64,000 nt of DNA from the NCBI GenBank assembly GCA_050506795.1, contig JBJHCF010000020.1, positions 23,763 to 87,762 of the forward strand, in the 5' to 3' direction. Made by a program: the position numbers and the translations under genes. This document shows positions 29,334 through 40,049 of this stretch, in pieces. Each line of letters starts with the position of its first letter. The stretch's first letter is position 1. Source of the stretch: Opitutia bacterium (GTDB lineage: Bacteria; Verrucomicrobiota; Verrucomicrobiia; Opitutales; T3Sed10-336). A model generated the notes under the pieces. It did not search any database, was not told where the DNA came from, and saw nothing but the letters and a program-made list of their open reading frames with translations.

Positions 29334-29963
29334 ATGTCGGAGAAACTTGGAATTAGCGGCGCCGGAGCACTGGAATTGGCCCTGTGCGCTTCCGTCGTGT
29401 TTGCGCTCAGTTTGCAGGGCCGGGAGGATTTGATTGAGAACTCGCCCTTTGTGCCGCAGGGCTTCGAGAACCCCGAGGAGCCGCAGCCCGAACCGGCGCC
29501 GGAGCCCGATCCGGAGCCGGTGGATGACGCGCTCGATTCACTGCAACTGCGGGGTGTTACGGTTATGGGTGATGAGACCCGTTTCAGCTTTTACGATCCG
29601 GAGCGCGACGAAGGTTTCTGGCTGAGCGTCGACGAAACCGAAGCAGGCTATACCGTGACCGATTTCGAGGAATCTTTGGATTCCGTAACGGTGCGGCATG
29701 GCGAGAGCGAACGTTCCCTGATGCTGTACGAAGCCGAAGTGGGAGAGCTTTCCTCTGAAGAGGTGGAGCGCATGCGGAGAGAGCAGCAGGAGCGACGCGA
29801 AGCTGCTCAGGCCCCGGCGGCCCGGCAACCGACTGCGGATCAGGCCGAAGGAAGCGAGGCGTCCGATACCGTGGAATCACGTGACGACCGCCTGCAGCAA
29901 GCCGCCCAGGAATTGCGCCAGCGGCGGGCTCTGCGCGGCGGCGGCGATCAGGAGTCGGATTGA
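29334..29963 (+). CDS. hypothetical exported protein (GspC/PilP-like small beta domain plus coiled tail)
   Basis: Hydrophobic N-terminus, SPFVP motif, Pro-rich linker, LQLRGV..RFSFYD..FWL; family link is weak. Confidence 0.6.
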   Translation: MSEKLGISGAGALELALCASVVFALSLQGREDLIENSPFVPQGFENPEEPQPEPAPEPDPEPVDDALDSLQLRGVTVMGDETRFSFYDPERDEGFWLSVDETEAGYTVTDFEESLDSVTVRHGESERSLMLYEAEVGELSSEEVERMRREQQERREAAQAPAARQPTADQAEGSEASDTVESRDDRLQQAAQELRQRRALRGGGDQESD

Positions 29964-32080
29964 TTTTCCGGTTGCCGTGCCGGTGAAGGAAGCGATCGTG
30001 TGCTTCGACCGGCACGCCATTTGCCGTCGATCAGAAGCGTGGTCGGGTTTTCCGGGATACCGTATTCGTTTTTTTCGATCAGTCCGACCAGAAGATCCAC
30101 CGCGCGGGAGCCCAGCATCCGGCCGTTCTGATCGATTCCGGAGATCTGATCATTGGATTGCCGGTCGAGGCTGACGAGCGCGATATCTTCCGGTATCCGG
30201 AATCCCCAATTCGTCAGTTGTTCCAGCAGTTCGTGTGCACGAGGAGTCAGAATAAGATCCGGGGTTTCCAGGTCCAGCCACTGCCGGAAAGCCAAAGGGT
30301 TGCGGTCTTCGACAACATAATATCGTGGTATCAGACGGCCGCTGAATTCATGGAGTTGCATGAGGAAGGATGCCATCCAGCGGTCCTGGACGTAATACGC
30401 GACCCTGGAGGATACCGCCAGCCCGATTCGACGGTAGCCCTGGCGAATCGATTCTCCAATCGCTTTTTTTACTGAACGGTAGGTGTCCGTCGCGACACGA
30501 TGAATACGCGGGGATTCAAGTGCAAACCCCACGCTGACATTGCAAAAGGAATCCCAGTTGAGCTGCAAACCGGCTATGTGTGGTGAAAACGGGGGGATGA
30601 GTAGGCCCCGGATGCTTTTGCGCTCCAGGGAGTCGCTGAATCTGGCTCCTTCCTCAGGGTCCTCAAGCCAAACGTTTTCGAGCACGAATCCAAGAGCGTC
30701 CGCTCGAAGGCGTGCACCGTGGTAGTACTGTGAAAGCAGGGGGTATTCACTTTTCCAATCGTTCCGGGTTGGAAAGGTGGTGAGAAATCCGAGACCGGGC
30801 CGTTTGCGAGTGGGAATCCTGCTTCTCCTTTGCCGCATAAGTTCGGTGACCATAGGGTTCTTTCGGTAGCCGAATTCGATTGCGATATTCCGTATCCGCT
30901 CCTGGGTCGCCTTGGGAATTCTTGGGGTTCCTTTCAGGGCGAGTGATACCGTGGCGGGGTGAACTCCGGCGAGTTTGGCGACGTCACGCATGGAGACGTT
31001 TCTTTTTCTTATACTGGGAGTTTCTGTTGTGGTGGAGTGGGGCGTTATGGTCGCGAGATCGTTTCTTAGGGTTGTACCTGGAACCCAGGTCGGTTCGGTC
31101 AGGAATATGCCGGGATGATCGGGGATCCCGTGTTCCCCGCGGTCGATTCCGCCGACAAGTAGGTCCACAGCCTGCTCGCCGATACGGTCTGGGTTCTCAT
31201 AAATACCGGAGATATTGGTTCGGGTATTGGGAAGATTGAGACTGACAAAACCGATGTCTTCAGGAACCCGGCGACCACTTTGCCGAACCTTCCGCAGGAA
31301 GACGTCGCCCGCGTAAGCGAGCACCACATCCGGGCTCTCACGTTCGAGCCAATCGAAGAATAGAGCGTCTTCATTACGATCCATAATCAACGGGGGCACG
31401 GGTGTCGCGTCGCTTAGTTGTCTCTGTTCCAACAGGTAGGCGGCGAGCCAGCGCTGATCCACTCGTTCGTTGCTGCGTTTGGTGACCACCAGGCCGATCC
31501 TGCGATGCCCGAGTTGGTGGCATCGGCGAACGGCGGTCCGCATCGCCTGCAGGTGGTCGCAGGACACTCGATTCAAGAATGGTCGTGTGAAGGAAAAGCC
31601 GAGCGCTACGGAATGAATGTTATCCCAGGCAAGGTCGAACCCATTTCTGCCGTCAGGAAGGGGCGCTATAAGGGCGCCTCGGATGCCCCGGTTATACAGG
31701 ATTTCGCTGACTCGCACGGCATACGCGCTGTGGGGGCCCATCCAAAAGGTCTCCAGGCGGTAACCCAGTTCGACGGCCCTGGTTGTGGCTGCCTGATGAT
31801 AGATCGCGAAATTCGCGGCCTTTGACCAGGAGTCGGGTGTTTGATGAGAGGTGATAAACGCCAGGACGGATCTTGGGGTTTGAGGGATTCTGTTGCGGCG
31901 ATTGGCCGCTAAAATTGCGGAATAGGGGTCCCTCCGGTAGCCGAGTCTTTTTGCGACCCGCTCAATCTTTTGTCTCGTTTCAGCAGAAGGCCCAGGTTTG
32001 CCGGAAAGCGCGAGCGATACGGTGGCGGCGGTCACTCCGGCGGCGGCACCGATTTCCTTCAAGCTGACTGTTTTTTTCAT
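29948..32080 (-). CDS. tandem (double) LacI-family transcriptional regulator
   Basis: Two HTHs (SLKEIGAAAGVTAATVSLAL; SMRDVAKLAGVHPATVSLAL), each followed by a periplasmic-binding-like domain ending (V/I)PEDI. Confidence 0.9.
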   Translation of the reverse strand: MKKTVSLKEIGAAAGVTAATVSLALSGKPGPSAETRQKIERVAKRLGYRRDPYSAILAANRRNRIPQTPRSVLAFITSHQTPDSWSKAANFAIYHQAATTRAVELGYRLETFWMGPHSAYAVRVSEILYNRGIRGALIAPLPDGRNGFDLAWDNIHSVALGFSFTRPFLNRVSCDHLQAMRTAVRRCHQLGHRRIGLVVTKRSNERVDQRWLAAYLLEQRQLSDATPVPPLIMDRNEDALFFDWLERESPDVVLAYAGDVFLRKVRQSGRRVPEDIGFVSLNLPNTRTNISGIYENPDRIGEQAVDLLVGGIDRGEHGIPDHPGIFLTEPTWVPGTTLRNDLATITPHSTTTETPSIRKRNVSMRDVAKLAGVHPATVSLALKGTPRIPKATQERIRNIAIEFGYRKNPMVTELMRQRRSRIPTRKRPGLGFLTTFPTRNDWKSEYPLLSQYYHGARLRADALGFVLENVWLEDPEEGARFSDSLERKSIRGLLIPPFSPHIAGLQLNWDSFCNVSVGFALESPRIHRVATDTYRSVKKAIGESIRQGYRRIGLAVSSRVAYYVQDRWMASFLMQLHEFSGRLIPRYYVVEDRNPLAFRQWLDLETPDLILTPRAHELLEQLTNWGFRIPEDIALVSLDRQSNDQISGIDQNGRMLGSRAVDLLVGLIEKNEYGIPENPTTLLIDGKWRAGRSTRSLPSPARQPENQSDS

Positions 32081-32177
32081 AACCCGAGTCGAACGCATGA
32101 ATTGTGAAGGGATGGATGGCAATTTGATCGGGCCGTCCCCAACGAAATTGACAGCATCAATACCGTTGAGATCGAAG

Positions 32178-32189
32178 TGATATATATCA
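32178..32189. promoter_or_regulatory. perfect 12-bp palindrome TGATATATATCA, candidate operator
   Basis: In the divergent intergenic region between the LacI gene and a surface protein; partial copy GATATATAT at 32477-32485. Confidence 0.4.
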
Positions 32190-32548
32190 AATAATCAAGC
32201 TGGAAACCTGACATCGAACGAACGGGGGTTTCCGCCGCCAACGAAGTGGGCTGAGGATGCGATAGGTGAGCGGATCCTGGTCCGTCACGAAGGACGTGAA
32301 TCCGGAACCCCCTAAGAATTTGGGGGTTCTGAATCCATCTCATATCGAACGCAGAACGTAAGAGAGTGTGACTTTGATCATGTCGGCGTTGGTGTTACCG
32401 AAAGCTGGTGCTGATACAAATGGGTTTGGTCAACGCATTAAATCAGAAAGCCCTGGATTCAGTCGCCGGAGATTGAGATATATATTTGGAAGGAAATCCC
32501 AACCGTTCGGGATTACGCTTATAACCCAAGATCTGGAGGTTTCTGGAC

Positions 32549-35500
32549 ATGTTGTATATGAAGACAATCTTTCGCACGCGAATCGCTTCACTTGTGTTTT
32601 TCGCACTCGTTATGATTGCCGGGGTCGTTTCGGCTCAGCAGAGAATTATGATCGTAACGGATCGTCAAAACGATGAAGCAGGTTATGCCGAATGGCTTTC
32701 CGGTTTGGGTTTCGAAGTGACGGTGAGCGAGAGCGAGGAGTTCCGCGGAAGTCTGGACGAGGCACAGCGCGCCACGCTCGAAGGTTTCGACCTGGTGATT
32801 ATGTCCCGAAACACCAACAGCGGCGCTTACAATGAAGCCGAAGATTGGAACGGCCTCAATGTGCCGCTGTTGCTGCACAGCGCCTGGCTTTCGCGCAGCA
32901 GCCACTGGGATTGGTTCAACGGTACCGATATTTTAACGCGAGACGCCGATTTCCTCCAGGTCGGCAGTTCCAGGTTCGCGGGCGAAAACGAGAACACTGT
33001 TCCCGATTTCGATCATCCGATTTTTGATGGTGTGACGATCATTGAAGACGCCCCTTTTCCGACCGTCAGCGTCAGGTCCACCGCCGCCGGCATTAACGCG
33101 ATCATCGGAGACCCGGGAGCGGGACAATGGATATTGAGCGACACCCAAACAGGGAGTCAGCGGCCTATGATGGTCGATTACGTCGGCGATATGGGAGCGG
33201 CGTATTACCCGGGCTCTGGGCAAACGATCGTCAACCGCAGGTTTTATTTCAGTTTCATCGGTGAATACAATATTGGCTCCGCCGAGGAATGGCGGGGGTT
33301 GTTTACCGGCGACGGCGAGCGGATATTGGCGAACGCGATTTATCGGACCGGGGATTTGGACCGGACGCAGTCGCTGCCGTTCCATGCGGATTTCGGGTCG
33401 GTTCGTTTTATCGATTTCTTGAACCGGACGACCGCCGCGCCCTTTGCCATGGAACCGGTCAGTGACGGTGGCACGGTGTACTTTGACGATGACGCCACCG
33501 TTGACGCGTTGCCCGCGGGGCTTTCCGGCAACTTTGCGCTCAAGACCAGCAACATCGACTACGATGTCCTTCTGGAGTTTCCCGGCGCGGGTCAGTTCGG
33601 TTGGGTCGATACAAACCTGGACCCGACCGCCCTTTCCTTTCCCCTTTCGTTCTCAATCTGGACGAACCGGTTCGATGACGGCACCAATCGAAACAAAATC
33701 TTCGGGTGGTTTTTCGACGGCGGGGAAAATCGGGGAGAGCTGGAGATCGATCACGGCGCGAACCAGCTGAGGCTTGTGTGGTGGGGCGGCGACCGTATCG
33801 AGGTACCGGCGCCTCCTACGAACGCGTGGGTGCATATCGGGGTTGTGATCACCGAGGACGACGCGCGTTTGTACGTCGACGGGGCGCATGTCGGCAGCCT
33901 GGGAGAAGAAGAATCTCCTCGTCCCCTGACCGACGGCTCGAACCTATGGATCGGGGCGAGGCCCTCGTTGCAGGAGGGGAGCTTTTCGGGGTGGTTGAAG
34001 GACTGGGTCGCGTTCGACGGCGACATCGGCGATGAGGGTATGGAGCAACTCGCCGCGGAAGCCGGGATGCCCGACGGAACTCTGCTTCAGCACCTTCCGC
34101 TCGGCGAAGGTGAAGGGGAGGAAGTCTTCGACGCGTCCACCAACGATCTTCATGGAGAGCTTTTCGGAACGTACTCCTGGGGGGAAACGACCCTCGCTCC
34201 CGATGCTCCCCTGCAGCACGGGATTGGATTCGTCACCGCTCTCGATTTGAGCGTGTATCTCGCGGTCGATGCCGAGGCGCCCGTACCGGCGTGGATTTCG
34301 AACTCCTACACCGACCTCGGGGAGTCGGTGAGCACGACCGCGGGTGATTTCGATCTCTGGCGGCGCGATTTCGCGGCGCGCGAGCGGGTTTCGCTTTTGA
34401 CGCAAGGCCGGGAACCCGGAGAAAACAACTACTGGGTGATCTTGAGCGAAGGGCCTGAGGCGATAACGCCCTCGCCCGACGCATCGTTCATGCGCTCGTC
34501 GGCGAACCCTGGGGAATGGCGTTTGGGCGCGCACAACTGGACGCTCGCGACCGCCGCGGAATCCGCAGCGCACACGGCGGCCATGAGCACCAACCTGATC
34601 AATTTCGATGCCGAACGGGGTTTCCGCACCTCGGTCACGTTTCGGGTTCCCCGCTTGCAGGACCCCGGCGACAACGCGGTCGGACTCTCGCTGCTCGGGG
34701 CTCCGGACGGGTCCGGAGTGCGTGCGGAATGGCTGCCCCGCCCCGCAGGGGGCGCCTCAAGTCTGCGTCTGGTGAACGCCGAGGATGACGCGGTTTTGGC
34801 CGAGGCGGCCTGGACCGGGGCGGTTCCCGCTGCGGTTGACAACAATGTCGGCGTAGCCTCGGGTGCGGCCGAGACACTGTTTTCGACGGGGGACCTGGTT
34901 TTCGCCGACGATGGCGAGAGGGTTGTTTTTTCCGAGGATTTCTCGACTGGCGATGGTTGGACCAGCGGCAGCGACAATCCGGCAACAGATCAGTGGGAAA
35001 TCGGTGAGCCGACCACCGGCCCCGGCAGTGCTTTCACGGGGTCAAATGTGGCCGCGACCAATTTAAATGGAGTGTACGCCACCGGCGGCGCGGATACGGT
35101 CGCCTGGTTACGCTCACCGGTTATCGACCTCACGGAAACCGATGACGCCACCCTCCGCTTTCAGGAGTTCATGGATGTGGATCCATTTCAGCAGAACGAA
35201 GAGTTCTTCCATTATGGCGTGATTTCGGTGCTGGACGCCGACACGATGCAGGAGTTGGCGGAGGAGGTCTACAATGAGAATATTTCGACCTGGAGCGAAC
35301 GTGTGTTGGACCTTTCCGGCGTAGCCGGACGACGAATCATTCTTGAATTCGCGCTGGTCACCGACGAAGTCGATACCGATGTCGGTGAGGGATGGTATAT
35401 CGACGCGGTCGAAGTGACGGTCGGGGGAATAACGATTCAGCAACTGCCGGAGACCATCGCGACGGACGGCACTCTGTACGGTATTTCCACCGACCTGGCC

Positions 35501-36466
35501 GGAGTCGAGGACAACAACGATGACCACCTGCAATTCACAGTAACCGATCGCTCGGTGTCGGGCAACGACGGTGTGACGGTCTACGTGGCCTGGGATGTGC
35601 GGGCTTCCGGTCTGGAACCGGCCTGGCTGCGCGACGAGTTCGCGCAAACGGACCACTTCGTCGGAGTCACGGGCGCGGCCGGGGAACACCGGCTCTGGGC
35701 CCGGGAGTACTCCGACGGCGACACGGTGACGCTCGGAGGCGCTTCGGCGCCCGGAAGCGGGCCGTACCCGGCGAGCGGCATCAACAACTACTTCGTGCTC
35801 TTCGGTGATGCCCGGCCGGGATTGGAGTCCTTTTACACCCTCACCGCGGAGGGAGTGAAAAACGAGGGCGTTTGGGAAATTGAGCTTTCGATGAGCGATT
35901 CGGACGGGAACGCCGAGATGCTTGCGGGCACGACCGGAGAAGGCATCGAGGGGTCGTCCTTCGGGTTTTTCGCCCGGCATCCAGACGCGGGGGGCGCGAC
36001 GGTAACGCACGCTCCGATATGGGAGGTTTATGCGATGTCCATGGGCTTTTTGGAAAGCCTTACGGGCTTCCAGGCCTGGCGGGAGGAGAACTTCCCCGGG
36101 CAGCTCGACAATCCCGATATCAGCGGTCCCGAAGCTTCCCCCGCCGGGGATGGCGTTCCGAACCTGATGAAATACGCTTTGGACCTGGCGCCTTTTGAAC
36201 CGGTGTCGTCCGAAGACCTCCACACGATGGAGAGCGTCGGCGACGGGAACATCATGCTCGTGTTCTGGAAACGAACCGACATCGACGATGTCGTCTATAT
36301 TCCGGAGGTTTCGGAGAATCTGATCGATTGGAGCAGCGGTGCCCCGAATGTCGTCGAAACCACCGGCGCCGTCGAGGGGAATTTGCAGGAGATCGAGGCC
36401 GTAGGCAGCCTTCCGGGTGATTCCGAACGCAGATTTATGCGCTTGAGAGTCTTACAGGCGGAATAG
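32549..36466 (+). CDS. large secreted multidomain protein (LamG/ConA-like, MAM/immune-inhibitor-like and lectin-like domains, C-terminal GDGVPNLMKYAL...RFMRL domain)
   Basis: Signal peptide (VVSA-QQ), LamG motif WVHIGVV..LYVDG, WEIGEPT..LRSPVIDL..GWYIDAV, acidic composition. Confidence 0.82.
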   Translation: MLYMKTIFRTRIASLVFFALVMIAGVVSAQQRIMIVTDRQNDEAGYAEWLSGLGFEVTVSESEEFRGSLDEAQRATLEGFDLVIMSRNTNSGAYNEAEDWNGLNVPLLLHSAWLSRSSHWDWFNGTDILTRDADFLQVGSSRFAGENENTVPDFDHPIFDGVTIIEDAPFPTVSVRSTAAGINAIIGDPGAGQWILSDTQTGSQRPMMVDYVGDMGAAYYPGSGQTIVNRRFYFSFIGEYNIGSAEEWRGLFTGDGERILANAIYRTGDLDRTQSLPFHADFGSVRFIDFLNRTTAAPFAMEPVSDGGTVYFDDDATVDALPAGLSGNFALKTSNIDYDVLLEFPGAGQFGWVDTNLDPTALSFPLSFSIWTNRFDDGTNRNKIFGWFFDGGENRGELEIDHGANQLRLVWWGGDRIEVPAPPTNAWVHIGVVITEDDARLYVDGAHVGSLGEEESPRPLTDGSNLWIGARPSLQEGSFSGWLKDWVAFDGDIGDEGMEQLAAEAGMPDGTLLQHLPLGEGEGEEVFDASTNDLHGELFGTYSWGETTLAPDAPLQHGIGFVTALDLSVYLAVDAEAPVPAWISNSYTDLGESVSTTAGDFDLWRRDFAARERVSLLTQGREPGENNYWVILSEGPEAITPSPDASFMRSSANPGEWRLGAHNWTLATAAESAAHTAAMSTNLINFDAERGFRTSVTFRVPRLQDPGDNAVGLSLLGAPDGSGVRAEWLPRPAGGASSLRLVNAEDDAVLAEAAWTGAVPAAVDNNVGVASGAAETLFSTGDLVFADDGERVVFSEDFSTGDGWTSGSDNPATDQWEIGEPTTGPGSAFTGSNVAATNLNGVYATGGADTVAWLRSPVIDLTETDDATLRFQEFMDVDPFQQNEEFFHYGVISVLDADTMQELAEEVYNENISTWSERVLDLSGVAGRRIILEFALVTDEVDTDVGEGWYIDAVEVTVGGITIQQLPETIATDGTLYGISTDLAGVEDNNDDHLQFTVTDRSVSGNDGVTVYVAWDVRASGLEPAWLRDEFAQTDHFVGVTGAAGEHRLWAREYSDGDTVTLGGASAPGSGPYPASGINNYFVLFGDARPGLESFYTLTAEGVKNEGVWEIELSMSDSDGNAEMLAGTTGEGIEGSSFGFFARHPDAGGATVTHAPIWEVYAMSMGFLESLTGFQAWREENFPGQLDNPDISGPEASPAGDGVPNLMKYALDLAPFEPVSSEDLHTMESVGDGNIMLVFWKRTDIDDVVYIPEVSENLIDWSSGAPNVVETTGAVEGNLQEIEAVGSLPGDSERRFMRLRVLQAE

Positions 36467-36607
36467 GCCTTGCCGTTGTCTCTTCGATTGGCGCCTTCCG
36501 GCCTCGATCGAAGGAAATAACGGCCCGGATCTTGATGGGACGTCCGGCGCTCATTGTTCGAAGTCGTCGAACTTGACTTCCTCAATGGCGCCGGTTTTTC
36601 TTTCTCA

Positions 36608-37006
36608 ATGAAATCTCGACCTCTTGTACTGTTTCTTTCACTAATCCTTGCCATGACCATGACCCTTAAGGCTGATGATACTGCGGCGCCCTCCGAAGAG
36701 GGGCTCGTCCACACCGTGTTCTTCTGGTTTCACGATAACGTGAGCGAGGAGCAGCGATCCGGGTTTTACGAGGATCTCAAGAAACTTCGGGAAATCGAAC
36801 AAATCCTCCACGGATGGATCGGTGTCCCCGCGCCGACGGAAGCGCGTGGGGTCATCGACAACACCTACGATTATTCGATCACGTTTGTATTTGAGAGCGT
36901 GGCTACGGAGCAGGAGTATCAGGTCCATCCGATGCACAAGGAATTCGTCGAGAAAAACGCGCATCTCTGGGACAAGGTCGTGGTTTATGACGCGGTGACT
37001 CCCTGA
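36608..37006 (+). CDS. Dabb (stress-responsive alpha/beta barrel) protein with signal peptide
   Basis: LVHTVFFW, YDYS, YQVHPMH..FV, VVVYD. Confidence 0.88.
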   Translation: MKSRPLVLFLSLILAMTMTLKADDTAAPSEEGLVHTVFFWFHDNVSEEQRSGFYEDLKKLREIEQILHGWIGVPAPTEARGVIDNTYDYSITFVFESVATEQEYQVHPMHKEFVEKNAHLWDKVVVYDAVTP

Positions 37007-37077
37007 GCCACGCTTTATTCGAGAACCGGAGCGTATCCGGTTTTCGCATTCGAGGCGGGTCTTGGAAAGGGTGAATT

Positions 37078-38466
37078 ATGAGTTGCTTCAGAAGTCTTTT
37101 GGTCCTGATTCTTATTTTCGGGATAACGATTCCATTGGAGGCTCTCAGGGCCAACACTGACAATGTTTTCGACTGGAAAGTCGACCAGCAGTTGAAGGAG
37201 CTTTACCTCCCGGAGGAAGTCGGCCGGGTTACCCGCGACAATGACTACTCCGACCCTGAAAGCGACTACAGCTTTACGCGTATGGTTCAGGGGCCCAACG
37301 TGGCCATCTTCTGGCACAAGGAGTACGGTGATGTGCCGATGAATAATCCGGATCCACGCCGCACGTTTAACCCCTACCGCATGCTCGAGGAGGTTGAGCG
37401 TTATTACCGGTTTTACGTCAATGAGATGGAGTATGTGATAAAGGGTAAATCCATCAGCGACGATAAGAAGCTCCTGGTTTATGTCTTCGGGGGTGACGGA
37501 GGCACGGCTTTCGGTGGGGGTGCCGAGGGTGCCGTGGGGGTATTCTGGACCCCGGCCGTGCGGGTGAATCGTGAACCCTATGGTGTCATTGCGCACGAAC
37601 TTGCCCATAGCTTTCAATTCATGTCGCGAGTCGACAGCGGCGGCGCCAGCGCACGAGGCGGGGTGAATGAGATGGCGGCCCAGTACTTCCTGTGGCAGGT
37701 CCTGCCGGAGTGGCAGAGTTTTGAAAACTACCATCTCGAAGCCTTTATGGGAAAAACCCATTATGCGTTCTTGCACCAGACCAATATTTATCACTCGCCG
37801 TATGTGATCGAGTATTGGTCCAACCAGCATGGTCTTCAGTTCTGGGGCGAATTGAACCGAAAGACTGAAAGTGGCGAAGATGTGGTGCAGACCTACAAGC
37901 GGCTGCGAGAGATGTCCCAGGAGGAATTCAATGACGAAATGTTTGACGCGGTGCGCCGTTTCATCACGTGGGACATGCCTCGCATCCAGGAGGTTTCGAA
38001 GCCCTATCGAAATCAGCACCAGTCCGAGTTGATCGCATCCGACGACGGTTGGTACCGGATCGCTCCTTCGCGGGTACCGCAGAACTACGGGTATAATGGC
38101 ATTCGGCTCCAGGTTCCGGATGCCGGGACTGAAGTGCGTTTGGAGTTCAGGGGTATTGCCGGAGCCGAAGGCTACAACGCGAGAAATGTGGAGCTGGCCG
38201 GCTGGCGTTACGGTTTTGTCGCCTACACCAGTGACGAGCGACGGATTTACAGCGACGTCTGGAATTCGGCGGGAGGCGATGTGCGGTTTGTGGTGCCCGA
38301 TGAGACCGAGTACCTCTGGCTGGTGGTCATGGGGGCTCCGGAAGAACATTTTCCGGTCGCCGGCCGCCGTGGCGGCGCTTCTTCAGACGAGCCGGCCGAA
38401 GAAGCCTGGCCCTACCAGGTCCGTCTGAGCAACGCTTCCATTCATGAGGCGTTTATCCGTTATTAG
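37078..38466 (+). CDS. secreted zinc-metallopeptidase-like protein (DUF6055-like)
   Basis: Signal peptide, AHELAHSFQ (HEXXH) with downstream NEMAAQY, C-terminal PQNYGYN..GWRYGFVA domain. Confidence 0.7.
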   Translation: MSCFRSLLVLILIFGITIPLEALRANTDNVFDWKVDQQLKELYLPEEVGRVTRDNDYSDPESDYSFTRMVQGPNVAIFWHKEYGDVPMNNPDPRRTFNPYRMLEEVERYYRFYVNEMEYVIKGKSISDDKKLLVYVFGGDGGTAFGGGAEGAVGVFWTPAVRVNREPYGVIAHELAHSFQFMSRVDSGGASARGGVNEMAAQYFLWQVLPEWQSFENYHLEAFMGKTHYAFLHQTNIYHSPYVIEYWSNQHGLQFWGELNRKTESGEDVVQTYKRLREMSQEEFNDEMFDAVRRFITWDMPRIQEVSKPYRNQHQSELIASDDGWYRIAPSRVPQNYGYNGIRLQVPDAGTEVRLEFRGIAGAEGYNARNVELAGWRYGFVAYTSDERRIYSDVWNSAGGDVRFVVPDETEYLWLVVMGAPEEHFPVAGRRGGASSDEPAEEAWPYQVRLSNASIHEAFIRY

Positions 38467-38583
38467 GAGAATCGTAACCCAATGGGACAGAGCACGGGTG
38501 CGCCGTCCCGCGATTGCCATGACCTGGTGGGCCGGTTTTTATCATTGATCCGCCTTCCAACTCGCATCAGCCTTGAAGAGCGT

Positions 38584-38751
38584 ATGTTAAGCTGGGCTGT
38601 GGTTTTCTTTATTATCGCGATTATCGCGGGGATTCTTGGGTTTACCGGAATCGCGGGGGCTGCGGCGAGCATCGCCCAGATCCTCTTTTTCCTTTTTCTG
38701 GTGTTGTTTGTTTTGTTGCTGGTGTTTGGCCGCCGGCCTCCTCCAGCCTGA
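38584..38751 (+). CDS. DUF1328 (UPF0391) small membrane protein
   Basis: [42 protein letters not shown] matches the family pattern. Confidence 0.93.
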   Translation: MLSWAVVFFIIAIIAGILGFTGIAGAAASIAQILFFLFLVLFVLLLVFGRRPPPA

Positions 38752-38765
38752 TTATTTATTGTTCA

Positions 38766-40013
38766 ATGAAAAAGATCGAAAAGTTTACTTTTGGCATGGG
38801 GGACCGTTTCGCCCATCAGGGTGCGGCGCAGATCAAGGCGATTCTGGACGCCCGGGCGGACGGGATAGAAGTGTTTCCGGTATGGAACAAGTCGAACCGG
38901 GAGCATTTGATCGTCGGGTCCAGGCCCGAGTCGCTTCGCGCCGAGGCGGACGCGGCGGTCAAGGCCGCCGGCTGGGACAAACCGTATTATGTTGATGCCG
39001 ACCATGTGAACTTGAAGACCGTGGACGGGTTTCTGGCGCACAGTGATTTCTTCACGCTGGATGTGGCCGACCAGGTGGGGAAACCGGCGGACCGGGAGGT
39101 GGCGGAGGCGTTTGTGGAAGCCCACCGCGATCTCTACGGCGCGCTCGGTATTCCCGGTTTGGACGGCGAGTTAAAGCTGACCGAGGCAGACGCCCGTTCC
39201 GCGGCGGAGCGTTTCCTGGAAGCCATTCGCGAGGCGGGCCGGATCTATCGTTACATCAAGGAAAAGAAATCGGGTGACGATTTTGTGGTCGAAGTGTCCA
39301 TCGACGAAACCGATGCCGCGCAGACTCCGGCCGACCTGCTGTTCATCCTGGCCATGATCGCCCAGGAAAAGATTCCCGCACAGACCGTGGCGCCCAAGTT
39401 CACGGGACGGTTCAACAAAGGCGTGGATTACGTGGGCGACCTGGAGCAGTTTGAAAAGGAATTCGCCGCCGACCTGGCGATTGTCCGGTACGCGGTGGAT
39501 CGCTTTGGGTTGCCGGATAGCCTTAAACTCAGCGTGCATTCGGGAAGCGACAAGTTTTCCCTTTATCCGGTGATCAATCGCCTGCTGAAAAAGTTCGGCG
39601 CCGGGGTGCATGTGAAAACCGCCGGCACCACCTGGCTGGAGGAGGTCATCGGCCTGGCGGAAGCCGGCAATGACGGTCTGGAGATCGCCAAGGCCATATA
39701 CTCCGGGGCGCACGCCAAGTTCGACGAGCTGACCGCCCCCTACTCCACGGTGATCGATATCGAATTTGACTACCTGCCCCGTCCGGCCGAAGTGGCGCAG
39801 TGGAATTCACAGAAGTTTGTCGCGGTTCTCCGGCACGACCCCGGCAGTTCCGAGTACAACCACCATTTCCGTCAGTTGATCCACGTCGGCTTCAAGGTCG
39901 CCGCTTCCATGGGCGACCGCTACACCGACGCCCTGAAAAAGCACGAACCCATCATCGCCGCCAACGTCACCGCCAACCTCCTGGAACGCCACATCCGCCC
40001 GATCTTCAGGTGA
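38766..40013 (+). CDS. uxaE: tagaturonate/fructuronate epimerase
   Basis: FGMGDRF, VDADH, EVSIDET, RFNKGVDYVGD, LSVHSGSDKF, HVKTAGTTWLE. Confidence 0.9.
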   Translation: MKKIEKFTFGMGDRFAHQGAAQIKAILDARADGIEVFPVWNKSNREHLIVGSRPESLRAEADAAVKAAGWDKPYYVDADHVNLKTVDGFLAHSDFFTLDVADQVGKPADREVAEAFVEAHRDLYGALGIPGLDGELKLTEADARSAAERFLEAIREAGRIYRYIKEKKSGDDFVVEVSIDETDAAQTPADLLFILAMIAQEKIPAQTVAPKFTGRFNKGVDYVGDLEQFEKEFAADLAIVRYAVDRFGLPDSLKLSVHSGSDKFSLYPVINRLLKKFGAGVHVKTAGTTWLEEVIGLAEAGNDGLEIAKAIYSGAHAKFDELTAPYSTVIDIEFDYLPRPAEVAQWNSQKFVAVLRHDPGSSEYNHHFRQLIHVGFKVAASMGDRYTDALKKHEPIIAANVTANLLERHIRPIFR

Positions 40014-40049
40014 GCTTTTTCGAATCCGAAGTCGGAGGCCGACGAGGGG

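Noticed and set aside
37588..37617. AHELAH in the DUF6055-like protein as another borrowed DUF4157 motif
   Set aside because: It continues SFQ rather than VVQQ and has a downstream Glu ligand, so it is the protein's own HEXXH site.
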